Source: Eledone cirrhosa (Eukaryota). Taken from it: a stretch of DNA of 64,000 nt. The notes beneath the pieces are model-generated. The model made no database searches and was not told the origin of the DNA. It worked only from the letters and a program-made list of their open reading frames with translations. The DNA is taken from contig OZ024746.1 of NCBI GenBank assembly GCA_964016885.1, positions 27,652,001 through 27,716,000 on the forward strand. Direction: 5' to 3'. The position numbers were made by a program, and so were the translations under genes. Positions 11,897-23,885 of this stretch are shown one piece after another. The number at the start of each line of letters is the position of its first letter. Positions within the stretch are counted from its first letter, which is position 1.

Positions 11897-12426
11897 GATA
11901 AATCTACCAAGAGTTTACGGTAGTGTCCAATCCGTATGAAGAACTCAATGTAATCCGGATATCATGGAAAGAACAGATGCAATGAAAAATCACTTTCGGT
12001 GAAAGATAAACGGAATACAGAGTCAAGATAAAATATAAAAAAAATAATGAATAAAACAATGAAACAGTTCCTTATATTAAACAAAAAAAGTTCATTATTT
12101 AACGATCGTTTCTGGGATATATATGTGTTAGAATTGGCATGTATATTTAACAGATCTATGTACAAAATTATACAAAATTATACAAACTATCAAAATTAAA
12201 TATACATACCAACTCATATATATGCCGTCTTCACTGAAGACGGCATATATATGAGTTGGTATGTATATTTAATTTTGATAGTTTGTATAATTTTGTATAA
12301 TTTTGTACATAGATCTGTTAAATATACATGCCAATTCTAACACATATATATCCCAGAAACGATCGTTAAATAATGAACTTTTTTTGTTTAATATAAGGAA
12401 CTGTTTCATTGTTTTATTCATTATTT

Positions 12427-12440
<14 letters not shown>
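11893..12440 (-). mobile_element. Fold-back element family C: ~206-bp arms, axis at 12234 on the hammerhead CTGAAGA core
   Basis: Mirror ORFs 11962-12165(-) and 12303-12560(+) share their first 46 aa. CTGAAGA (12234-12240), long helix II, then GAAAC-GATC-GTT (12356-12367). TA tracts at both ends. Confidence 0.88.
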
Positions 12441-12465
<25 letters not shown>

Positions 12466-12669
12466 CAACGTGTGTTGTATTGAAGGGAATAACTATGTGT
12501 ATATTCTGTGAGTGTATTTTACATTACCTATTGAGTACGCTGAGATGCAACCGGTCCTAGCATTGATACATATCCTGGGTCCGTCAACTTCTTCTTATAT
12601 ATATATATATTACTCAATACCGAGTACTCATTTCTTTTAGCTGTCACCTACATACGGATATATGTATAT

Positions 12670-13024
12670 TAACGTGACCCTTAGCAATAGGTACTTTTCC
12701 GAACGTTAAAATGTTGCGGCTCCCACACCGAAAAATAGGTGTTCGCCCTAAACCTGCGCTCTGTCCCCAACTTTGCAAGTCACCTTCCCCATTATATTTA
12801 TTGTCACTTATCCTTCTAATGCCCAGAATAAGCCTCAACAAGTTTTTAATTTAAGAGATAATTGTATAAGAGATAAAAAATGCCTTTCCGGGCGGAAACT
12901 TCAAAATTTCACGGTCGATGAGGGTCGCTTTGTAGTTGTCTACTCGAGTTAAAATTTTGCAAAGATTGGTTTTCTGTTAGTGAGAGCTAAACGTTTAGAA
13001 AATTGAAAAATAAGGGCCACCCTA
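12670..13024. mobile_element. Non-autonomous hATm-like element / MITE
   Basis: Left end (taac)GTGACCCTTAGCAATAGGTACTTTTC matches the 9408 terminus; right end TAAGGGCCACCCTA is its inverted repeat; no clear TSD. Confidence 0.7.
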
Positions 13025-13494
13025 ACATACAAATGCTATTGAAATGAACAATAATTCTACTCAGTGTGGTGCATACATATGGTTGAAGGAAAGATACATC
13101 AGAACTCCTAATGAGATTACTTATTTAATGTTTGTTATGGGGATTGGCTGCTGTTAGTAACATCCATTTCTCATTGACTTACTAAAATTAAAGAACTGTT
13201 AACTCTAACTTCTGATAATGGTGTAAAATTTAAATCAACTATTGCAGCTTATAAGTTTCAGATTTTCAGACATAATGTACACTAAATAAATGAATCATAA
13301 TACATTACAATAGATGGTTGGTGTCTTCTATGGATTGCTGTCATATCTAATTTATTCCACAAATCAGTAATTAGGACCCGTGCAGTATTCATAATTATTT
13401 CCATCTCCATAGATATTATAATAATATAATACAATGATATCAATGAAAATACACCACCTTCACTATAGTGTGCTAACTCTAATATATATATATA

Positions 13495-13770
13495 ACGAAG
13501 GAAGTGTGGTAAGCAACAAGGTGGACCATAACGCGCCAGAGTACTCAATACTTAGGGTAGTAGAGTGGGTAATACCGAGAACAATTGTTTCAGCTTAGCG
13601 GATCTTCAGCTCGTAATAACCATGTCCATTACGAGCTGAAGATCCGCTAAGGTGAAACAATTGTTCTCGGTATGGTGAACTAACTGTTGTGTTACCACTT
13701 CTACCTAACTCATCCCATGGACTGAGTGCTCTAGTACTACGGATATTACCTTCCAGTGTTCTACCTCTCT
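13495..13770. mobile_element. Chimeric fold-back: family B 3' end (minus) fused to a family D palindrome with a complete hammerhead
   Basis: 13495-13572 is the reverse complement of the family B tail; palindrome 13572-13673; family D 3' end recurs at ~19815-19867. Confidence 0.8.
13632..13669 (+). ncRNA. Minimal type I hammerhead ribozyme (predicted cleavage after GUU, 13665)
   Basis: CGAG-CTGAAGA-tccgctaaggt-GAAAC-AATT-GTT-CTCG: helix I CGAG/CTCG, palindromic helix III ACAATTGT. Confidence 0.82.
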
Positions 13771-13825
13771 CTCTCTCAATATATATATATATATATATAC
13801 ATATATATATGTATATATATACATA

Positions 13826-14042
13826 GGCGTATGGCTGAGTGGTTAGAGAATTGGATTCGCAATTGTAACGTTGTGAGTTCGATTCCTGGACCAGGCGATG
13901 CGTTATGTCCTTGAGGAAGACACTTTATTTCACGTTGCTCCTTCTACCTGGAGTTGCGACCGATAGATAGTATTAGCAATTGGAAAAACCAACGGAAACA
14001 TTGTTCCCTCGGTCCGATTCGACGAAAGTCGATCGTCTCTTT
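13826..14042 (+). mobile_element. tRNA-headed CORE-type SINE (group 2)
   Basis: A-box TGGCTGAGTGG, B-box GAGTTCGATTCC, then CORE-like TGTCCTTGAGGAAGACACTTTA. Confidence 0.85.
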
Positions 14043-14822
14043 ATATATATATGTGTGTGTGTGTGTGTGTTTGCGAGTGAGTATTAAAAAAAGGTTTGTT
14101 TGTTTGTATATACATATAAACAGACTACTATAGGTATGTGTGTGTGTGTATTTGTGGGTGAGTATGCATGTGTGTTTGTGTATATTGTAAGTGTGCTGAG
14201 GGAAATACGTAGTATATTCAACGAAGATACTACAGAAGATATGTCTGATATATGTTTACAAAGTTTACATGGAAATTAATATACATCAACGTCATTTTCT
14301 GTTGCGTATAACATATATGGTGTCAAAGTTGGCTGGGGATACCTTCGGTGTTATTCATATGGTGTAATTACACATTAACATCGCATTTTATTAGCTAGAT
14401 CGGTGGAAGACCTCCAAATGATTGAGGGAAGGCTACATCATATGAGGTATGAATTAAATATCAGAAATAGGTAGAAGCCATGAAAATTGAGAAAAGATGA
14501 AGATGGAACGATGAAAGAGAGAGAGAGAGAGTTTGTGAAAGCTACACATTTCTGTTAATTACTGTCAAAAGTTTAGAAACTGACAATTATAAGTCTTCTC
14601 TCTCCCGTAAATGAACACACGTTCACAGATAGACACAGACACACACACACACACATACATACAAACACGCATATACTTACACATACATGCAAGTTCGCAC
14701 ACACACATACATACAAACAGACATAGACGTACGCACATAAGCACGCACACACACACGGACGCACACATGCATATACACACCACACAGACGTACACAAGCA
14801 CTCATGCACACTCACACACGTG

Positions 14823-14855
<33 letters not shown>

Positions 14856-14902
14856 ATATGTGTGTATGTATAAATGTATAAGCATGTATAATATATATGT
14901 GT

Positions 14903-15080
14903 GTCCCTACATGGACACACTAGAAGAGGAAGACCAAGGTTAACGTATGTTGATGCCCTAAGGACAGACACTGGTCTGTTGGAGTCGCAGGACATGGCAG
15001 CGATAATGAGGGACAGAGACCGCTGGAGAGAACTCGTCCATGGATCTCGGGAATTTTACCCACCTTAGATAGATAGATAT
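14903..15080 (+). mobile_element. 3' fragment of an RTE-group LINE with (TAGA)n tail
   Basis: Translates as PLHGHTRRGRPRLTYVDALRTDTGL...MRDRDRWRELV then stop, followed by TAGATAGATAGA. Confidence 0.8.
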
Positions 15081-15111
15081 ATATGTATAATATGTATATG
15101 TATGTATATAT

Positions 15112-15326
15112 ATGGTGGCTTCCAACTCGTTTTCGAGTACGACCACTACTTTATATCCATATAGGAGAACTCCTACCGATGCGCTGAATGAGTGTGACTT
15201 TTTAGTCCAGCCAGCGACTTGAAAACTCTGGTACAAACACTACACTTGTGACAATTATTGACACATAGTGCTGGGCCCATGGTACCATGTGACGACAAGT
15301 GCAGAGAGATCTCCAGATATAAAGCA
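15112..15326 (-). mobile_element. RTE-derived family R1 3' fragment
   Basis: Reverse complement of ~39347-39560; encodes [25 protein letters not shown]. Confidence 0.85.
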
Positions 15327-15824
15327 TGTATATATACAAACTTATATATATTATGCATACATGTATATATATTTATATACACGTGTGTGTGTATGCATAT
15401 TATAGTCTAGGAGATAGGGTGTAATAAAAAACACTGTTGACTTTTGACAGTTGTTAAAGACTCCTGGACACTTGGCGATGAACCATGATGCTATGCTCAG
15501 TTAAAAAGTTTCTCCCTGCAAAAGGAATGGAATTTATTAAAGACACCAAAAGCCCAGGCGTTTCTTGTAATATCCCTTGTCTTTTGTGAAAAACAATATT
15601 AAAAAAAATCAAGGACTTTATTACTGACTCTTGGTTTAAGTTGTTTTGTTAACATCAATTTTGTAAATCCCTCACTTGGCCATTTGCAATTACGTCATTA
15701 CGCAGGCGTGAACCGCTATGTACTTCCCTCCCTCTCCCACTCCCACTTCTAGTCTACGACGTAACACGGGCGGTGGTTACATGCCCTTGGTTATTGTTTT
15801 CTATGTTAAACTAAGTGGCAGACA

Positions 15825-16185
15825 GATTATATCTACCACCACAGATAACAAAATATAGCATTCAGACCTCTAAAATGTGGTCACCCTCACTGATTTTGTC
15901 TACCAACCTAGATAAGAAATAATACAGCTTTCAGAGCTTTCCAAAGGTGGACCCCCCTCACGGATATCGTCTACCACCCCAGAACAATATATATAGCGTC
16001 CTGACCTCCCCAAAGGTGGTCACCCTCACGGATTTCGTCTACCACCCCAGAACAATATATATAGCGTCCTGACCTCCCCAAAGGTGGCCACCCTCACGGA
16101 TATCGTCTACCACCCCAGAACAATATATATGGCGTCCTGACCTCCCCAAAGGTGGTCACCCTCACGGATTTCGTCTACGACGCCA
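15825..16185. repeat. 68-bp minisatellite, about 5 units
   Basis: CGGAT(A/T)TCGTCTAC recurs at 15961, 16029, 16097 and 16165; two more diverged units upstream. Confidence 0.92.
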
Positions 16186-16348
16186 GATCACGTATTGGTC
16201 TTATATCTCATCTGCATGCTCATTTGATTTGTTGTCAAACACCGAATGTAAATTTACACACATCTACGTAGAACGTCACACCACTGTATATATCATGCCA
16301 GAAGAAGAAGAAGAAGAAGAAGAAGAAGAAGAAGAAGAAGAAGAAGAA

Positions 16349-16443
<95 letters not shown>

Positions 16444-16789
16444 AAAGCCTTTGTGAGATAGTGTAGGTAGTGTGCGGAATATGGGAAGTCTTTCAAGTGT
16501 AAGCAAAATCTAAGTACTCTGACTTGGCAACAAGCAGAGATGAGTGGGCGCCTGTATAGTAGGTGTGTAGCAAGTGTGGAGCCAGATGTGTAGCAAGTGT
16601 GGGGCAGGTGTCTAGCAGGTGTGTGGACAGGTGTGTAGCAGGTGTGTGGGAAAGAATTTATGCTTATGCTTCAATGTGTGGATTGTTAAATAGCGCCAGT
16701 GTCCATTGTCCAATGTGTACGTTTCACTATTGAATTGTAGTGAGATCGATTCCCGAAGCAGGTGGTGCAATATATCCTTTATCAAAAAC

Positions 16790-17090
16790 ACTTTTATTTC
16801 ATGCTGTGACAGTCCACTCAGTATGCAAAAATGAGCTGTACATGGAATATAACGGGCTATTCTTGCCACACATTCTGCCTCACTGAATCTCCATGAGGAT
16901 TGCATTAAGAAAAGGCCGATACAACTTGGTACCAGTATCGCCACAACTTACTTTCTCCAGAGATGTTGCGTGGAGCAAAGTGAAATAAATTATTTTATTC
17001 AAAGTCTCACCGAGCCGACATGTCATAGAATCGAACCTACGAACTCACGATTATTTTCCCCGCAACCTAATTTCTAAGGTATATGCATTT
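16790..17090 (-). mobile_element. Diverged group 2 SINE
   Basis: GGAGCAAAGTGAAATAAA and GAATCGAACC match the reverse complement of group 2 motifs. Confidence 0.55.
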
Positions 17091-17184
17091 ACAAAAGAGT
17101 CTAAAATTGTATATTTAAAGGGTTGACATAGAAATATTTTCTGAGAAAACCTGAAATTACAGACTTTTTTTTTGTTTCAGTAAA

Positions 17185-17390
17185 AGAATTTCTACAATAG
17201 GCACAAGGCCAGCAATTTTGGGGAGGGGAAAGTCAATTAAATCGACCCCAGTGCATTACTGGTGCTTTATTTTATCGACACCATAGACAAAGCTAACCTC
17301 GGCAGGATTTGAACTCAGCACGTAAAGGGTCATAACTCTATGCCGCTCAGCAAGTTGTCCAACGCTTTACTGATACTGCCAATCCGCTCG
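17185..17390 (-). mobile_element. tRNA-headed SINE (group 1)
   Basis: ACTGGTGCTTTATTTTATCGAC and GGATTTGAACTC are reverse complements of group 1 motifs. Confidence 0.75.
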
Positions 17391-17604
17391 ATAAAAAAAA
17401 GCCCCAGTATAGTATTGGAGTCGATTCTTCCTCTATATATTTACTTTCTTCCATTCTCTCACTCCCTAGCCTTTTCTGGGAGAAATCTGCTGTATTCAAA
17501 CCTGAAGAGGTGATGGGCTTTGCCTGGCTTTAAAACATGACCTACAGCAATCGTATGTCAATGCGGGGCCCCTACGATTTCCTCAGAAGATACGGTTCCG
17601 TCAC

Positions 17605-17684
17605 TACATACATACATACATAAATGGTGGCTGCCAACTCGTTTTCGAGTACGGCCACTACTTTATATCCATGTAGGAGAACCC
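17605..17684 (-). mobile_element. RTE-derived family R1 extreme 3' fragment with (CATA)n tail
   Basis: GGTGGCTGCCAACTCGTTTTCGAGTACGGCCAC. Confidence 0.85.
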
Positions 17685-18606
17685 TTGAATCCGTTACAAT
17701 CCATAATGGTTAATTTAACTTGTGTTCTATGAAATAGTGAACACAACAACACAAATCTTATCAACATGAGATTTAACTTATAGGATATTATAACTTATTT
17801 CATGTTGTAACTTATTTCATTTCATAACTTATTTGCTATTCTAACATATTTCATTTTATAAATTATTTGATATGAATTCAACATCACTTTTCCCCTGATA
17901 TTAACTCTGCTTCTATTGTTGTCAGTTTTAATATTCCTACCTCATTACAATACAGATTTCAAATAAAAATAAATGAAGCTATTCACTTTATGAAATATTT
18001 CATGATAATTACTAATATTGAAGCAACTCTTTATTACAAAGAATTTTCACCTCAGAGCAAAAGTAATATCATTCTTAGTTTTCTAAAAATGGGATGGTGT
18101 AATTTCAAGATATTTCTGATGAGAATTGCTGATAAACGATTCCAGTGACGCCAATTTCTTCCGAAATGTAAAACACTGTCAAAGAAGATAAACTTGTGAT
18201 AACTAGGTTCACATTCGTTCTCAGGGCTTACTAATCAGTCTCCGTCAGTTATCCTAATACTTGTATAAGTGTTAATGAGAAATTTATAAGATTTACGGAA
18301 GATATCATCACATGGAAATGGAAAGACACCTCTGTAATTAATTGTTTCTACTTTAGGCACAAGGCCAGCAATCACCCAGTACATTACTGGTACTTTATTT
18401 TATCGACCCCGTAAGGATGAAAGGCAAAGTTAACCTCTGTAATTAATAGAATGTAATAACGATACATTTGGAAAACATAAGAATACACGCACCTTCTCAC
18501 ATACACACACACAGGTGCACTGATGCACTATCATGAACAGTGTGTCTTATCGTTCATTTTTTTCTCTCTTTCTCACTCTCACTTACTCAGAATACACACA
18601 CACACT

Positions 18607-19121
<515 letters not shown>

Positions 19122-19129
<8 letters not shown>

Positions 19130-19733
19130 AATTTAGTATATCTACTAACATATGCGTACAGATGTATGCTAATGCCAGCAAATACACAGGTTATGTTATA
19201 GTACCTAGGTGGTTCAATGCATTGAACCACCTAGGTACTATGACATAACCTGTGTATTTGCTGGCATTAGCATACATCTGTACGCATATGTTAGTAGAGA
19301 AACTAAATTTTCTATATTTATCTTCAAATCACTTGTTTGTCGAGCAAACCTGCCAAAACCACTACTAATTTTTTGGTGTGTTAGTAGGCTTCTGTCATCT
19401 TACCATCCCACTCCTACCGACTAGCCTCAGTGTCACGTGATCGATTCTTTAGAATCGGCCATTTCACCAGTGACAGCGAGATTTTCAGTGCATGGAATCC
19501 AGTCCCCGCTAGCTGTTCCATTTACTGAATTATTATTATATTTATATGAGTCCCCAGTGTCCGCGCATTGCCTGGAGACTTAGCTGAGAATAGACCTCCC
19601 TGATGACGCAATGAATTCTCAACAGTTTATTACGTAACTGTCTTTATCCCATTGCAGAAACTAATTAGTTGGAGTGAAATTTTAGTAAGTAAGTTAATTT
19701 CTTAAAATTTTTTTAAAATTTTCTTATTTTACG

Positions 19734-19740
<7 letters not shown>
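19122..19740 (+). mobile_element. Fold-back element family F: 5' palindrome (19122-19317) and complete hammerhead near the 3' end
   Basis: Axis at 19219/19220 (CAATGCATTG); mirror ORFs 19033-19230(-) and 19209-19424(+); bounded by (TA)n. Confidence 0.85.
19596..19674 (+). ncRNA. Type I hammerhead ribozyme with extended helix II (predicted cleavage after GUU, 19670)
   Basis: CTCC-CTGATGA-c-GCAATG...CATTGC-a-GAAAC-TAATTA-GTT-GGAG: helix I CTCC/GGAG, helix II GCAATG/CATTGC, palindromic helix III. Confidence 0.88.
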
Positions 19741-19812
<72 letters not shown>

Positions 19813-20319
19813 AGTAGTTCTACAACTGAATGCTCTACTACGGATATAACCCTCCAGTGTTGTACTATTATATATATATATATACACTCCCCCCCCCACA
19901 CTCTCAAGCGTGAACCTAATACCAACACTGTTCGTACTGTACTCTTCGTTATTGTTTTTCTGTTTTGTTTTTTACCTATATATATATATATATATATATA
20001 TATCGCTTAGAACAGATAAAGGGAACAAAGCACCTTATAAATATGCAGAACTGGAATATTATGGTATATTTATCGTCAACATATCTTCCTGCGAAGGTCA
20101 CTCAACAATGTCAAATTAATTGCAGAACTTGAAGTATTCCAACGAAGATACACTAAGAAGGCTTTGGCAATGAAATGAGTGAGCTGCTGAGGAAGGCTGA
20201 AAGAATTAAGGTTTCACTCTCTGGAGGGAAGACAGTAAAGATACACAGTGATATACATATGGGAGATCCTGCAAAGGTTAGCACCTAACTTCGGGATAGA
20301 GGACTAGATAATATCTCGA

Positions 20320-20640
20320 AGGCACGTGGCTTGGTGGTTAAAGTGTTCGGCTCCTGATTGTAAGGGAGTGAGTTCGATTCCAGCAACAGACGCTGCATTG
20401 TGTCGTTAAGCAAGACACTTTATTTAACCCTGTACTAATTCCTTCAGCGAACAAACATGAGTTTTACCTCAAATTTAAAGAGCCGGCTTTCTCTTACAAA
20501 ATGTCACGTTGAATCTGATAAATACGTTATATGTGCACTTGTCTGTACCCATAAATTCTAATGCCTTAATTTCGGTGGCAGGAGGTTCCATATGTTGTAT
20601 CAATTGGAGCACTCGTCGAAAACAACGGTGGTAAAAGAAC
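20320..20640 (+). mobile_element. Diverged group 2 SINE
   Basis: GTGGCTTGGTGGTTAA, GAGTTCGATTCC, TGTGTCGTTAAGCAAGACACTTTA. Confidence 0.7.
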
Positions 20641-20699
20641 AACAGCATACACTGTTATTGGTTTTAGTCAATGAGATGTAGCCAAGCTGGAGAACAGCC

Positions 20700-21430
20700 T
20701 TAATTTGTTTTCTTTTAGTTTTGTTGTAGTTTTATGACTGGAAGTTGGCCTATAATTAATTTTGTAGCAGCTGATCTTGCTTTAGTTTATTCTTGAATAT
20801 TTGGCTGATCTGGTATTATGGTTAGGTGTTCATCCAGTGCCTTTTAGGAATGTTTTTGTCGAGTTCCCTTTAACATTTCTGATTACTTTAGGTAGGCAGT
20901 GGAACACTTGAGGACCTCTAAATATCTGAATGTACAATGGTGTATTTTTATTCACGATTTCGAAGGTGGTATATTTGGAAGCTTGCTATATCTATCACTT
21001 CATGGATTAAAATTCTCTTTAATGTCTGGAAGATGACATCCCCTCCAGTATCTTCTCCATATATACAACAGTGCATCCCTCATTTCGTCGCTCGAGAGAG
21101 TAGAGATACAAAGCTTCCATACGATTCCTGCAATTAAAGTCTTTAATCGAAGTCATTTTACTAGCGAACACTTCTCTGTAACCCTTCAATTTCTCCTATG
21201 AGATCTCCTATGTGTTTGGAGATAGCAAAGCTATGAGCATTAATCTAATCTACGTAACACTAAGCTTTTCCATAGGATCAACATCACTATTTATTCTCTT
21301 GTTACTAATGTCTATAGGATCCTTTCTATGAGATGTTTGTATTGAAAGGTCAGTTTGGTTATGTGGTCTGATATACGATACATCATTTATCATATTCCTA
21401 AGTCAAGTATGTCATCAAAACCTTGAATTG
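20700..21430 (-). mobile_element. Decayed CR1-group LINE ORF2 C-terminal fragment
   Basis: Minus-strand pieces read KSLVLRRLD, LYLYSLERR, FRGPQVFHCLPKVIRNVKG and EHLTIIPDQP, with frameshifts. Confidence 0.72.
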
Positions 21431-21520
21431 TATTATACTAGAAACATACATACATACGTGAATACATGCATATGTACATACATGCCTGCATATATACATA
21501 GATACGTACATACATACATA

Positions 21521-21551
<31 letters not shown>

Positions 21552-21674
21552 GAAAAAATGGGGAGAAGAATACTGCAGGTTGCACATGGATAATATGTAA
21601 TAAAATAAGTCCCTCATCAGTGATTTGCCGACGATCATAGATATTTCATTGCATTATATATATATATATATATA

Positions 21675-21769
21675 TAGTAATAATAATAAAATTGAAGACT
21701 AAAATCCAGAGAGGGCTCGATAAGGAAAATATATATCAAATATATAAGAACCGAAGAGCAAATATTTAT

Positions 21770-21770
<1 letters not shown>
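21675..21770. repeat. Short dispersed repeat between (TA)n tracts
   Basis: Near-identical to 57325-57415. Confidence 0.8.
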
Positions 21771-21859
<89 letters not shown>

Positions 21860-22558
21860 CATACGTGCATATATACATTCGTACGTACATACATACAGAC
21901 GTATATACAGATAGCAGATATCAATGTATACATGTATGTACACATGCTGGACGAGATTATTTTGCAATATAATCAGTTTCTAAGGCAACCTAATATCCAA
22001 TATTTTTATGAATGTTCACCTAGTTTTGCATTTACCTTTTCAATCAGAATACGACCCATAACTTTAAAAAAATAAAAAGTAAAGTAATAAATCCTAAAAA
22101 ATACGAAAAGAAATAAAGAATAAAACCTTTTGTTATAAATTACATTGTATTCCATATTATTTCAGTTATTTATTTATTTATTCAATTATTATTTAAGTAT
22201 TTATATATTTATGTATTCATGTATTTGTTTATTCATTGATGCAGTGAAGGAAAGTCTACAGAGGCGTAATATCTGTCTTCATTCCATCTTCCACAATGTG
22301 CATTTTGTTGCAATCATTAGCAAGCAAGAATGTGTAATTAACGCTGTAAGGACATTAGTAGCAGCATTTGAGAGTTATAATTAAAATAACATAACGCCTT
22401 CGCTCTTCTTTGCTAAGTGACATTTACGTCAAAACATTTCACTCGTACTAGCTTCTTCTTTTTCTTCTTCTTCTTCTTCTTCTTCTTCTTCTTCTTCTTC
22501 TTCTTCTTCTTCTTCTTCTTCTTCTTCTTCTTCTTCTTCTTCTTCTTCTTCGTCTTCT

Positions 22559-22602
<44 letters not shown>

Positions 22603-23607
22603 TATTTCTTTATTTATTTCCTACCTTCCTTATCATTCATAATTTGGCCTTATAACTTTCCAACAATTTGAAAAGAGAAAGAAATATACAAAAATTACAT
22701 ACATATAGAAATACAATTTATCTTATTACATTACAAACGATCTTGACGTAAATAAATTTTTCATTCAATATGAGAAATATGAACATTTTGTGTCGTGAAA
22801 ATTATATTTATTTAATTAAATATGCCAGCTTGATTAAATATATTTCAAAACCACAAGAACAGCAGAAATCATTATTATGGAAATGATTTCTAAACAATAA
22901 TGAGTTACTTGTAGCATGTGATGAGTTCCAAAATTGGAACAAGGTTATAAATATTTGGGTTGGGGTGGGATTGTAGTTGGTTTCTTTTATTGGTATTTTT
23001 AAAGTATAATCCTGTTTTATTAACTCTCTAGAATGGATGTTGAGAAATCCTCTCATCTATTTTCTTTTTCTTTCGAATATACGAAAATTTGCGTTTCATC
23101 TATTTATCTTCTTCTATTTCTCTCCCCACCTCTCTCTCCTTCTCTCTCTTTCTCTCTCTCTCTATTCATATGTATATATGCAGGCTGCATCTTGAATTTG
23201 AGAATTGCCATCAGGTAATCATTTCATTTCCTCACACATCTGTAGCATATACATTACATTTTTACTCTGACAAGGACTTACAAGCCTTTCTGCATATGCT
23301 GCAGCGAAATTAAAGAAAAAAACTCTTTTCGGCTAAGTCCAGCCATGCTCATACAGAACATATGTACAGCATTTAGATCAAGTGATGCATATGCTTGAAG
23401 CTTTTTAACTACCCACTCCCACTCTCTGAACAATGGTGACAGGTATCCATAAAGAGAGACAAGTCAACATAAAAACTCTGATGTAAAATCTGCCATCGAG
23501 TCTTAGGTTTTATATCAGAGTTTTCGTTTTCCCAGAAGGATCTTAGCAAGGATCAGAGGTCTATACACACAAACATATCTACGCGAGACATATAAATGTG
23601 TACATAT

Positions 23608-23760
23608 AATTGGAGGGCTGTTGACTGGCTTCATTTATTCTGCCCTTGAGGCTACTGGTAATATGTAGCCCAGTAACCTGTCACACCGCCGGGTCGTCAG
23701 AGGCTAAATCGGCAACCCCGCCAAGCTCGCTTGGTGAGAAGGAGTATTTTACACAGCTGC
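23608..23760 (+). mobile_element. RTE 5'UTR-like fragment
   Basis: CCCAGTAACCTGTC..GGGTCG..CTAAATCGGCAACCCCGCCAAG aligns by eye with 38988-39060. Confidence 0.6.

Positions 23761-23885
<125 letters not shown>

Noticed and set aside
13826-13900. tRNA gene (also the other A/B-box segments)
   Set aside because: No clean cloverleaf or terminator; continues into a repeated SINE body
15825-16185. CRISPR-like periodic array
   Set aside because: Whole units repeat with no unique spacers; eukaryotic context and no cas genes
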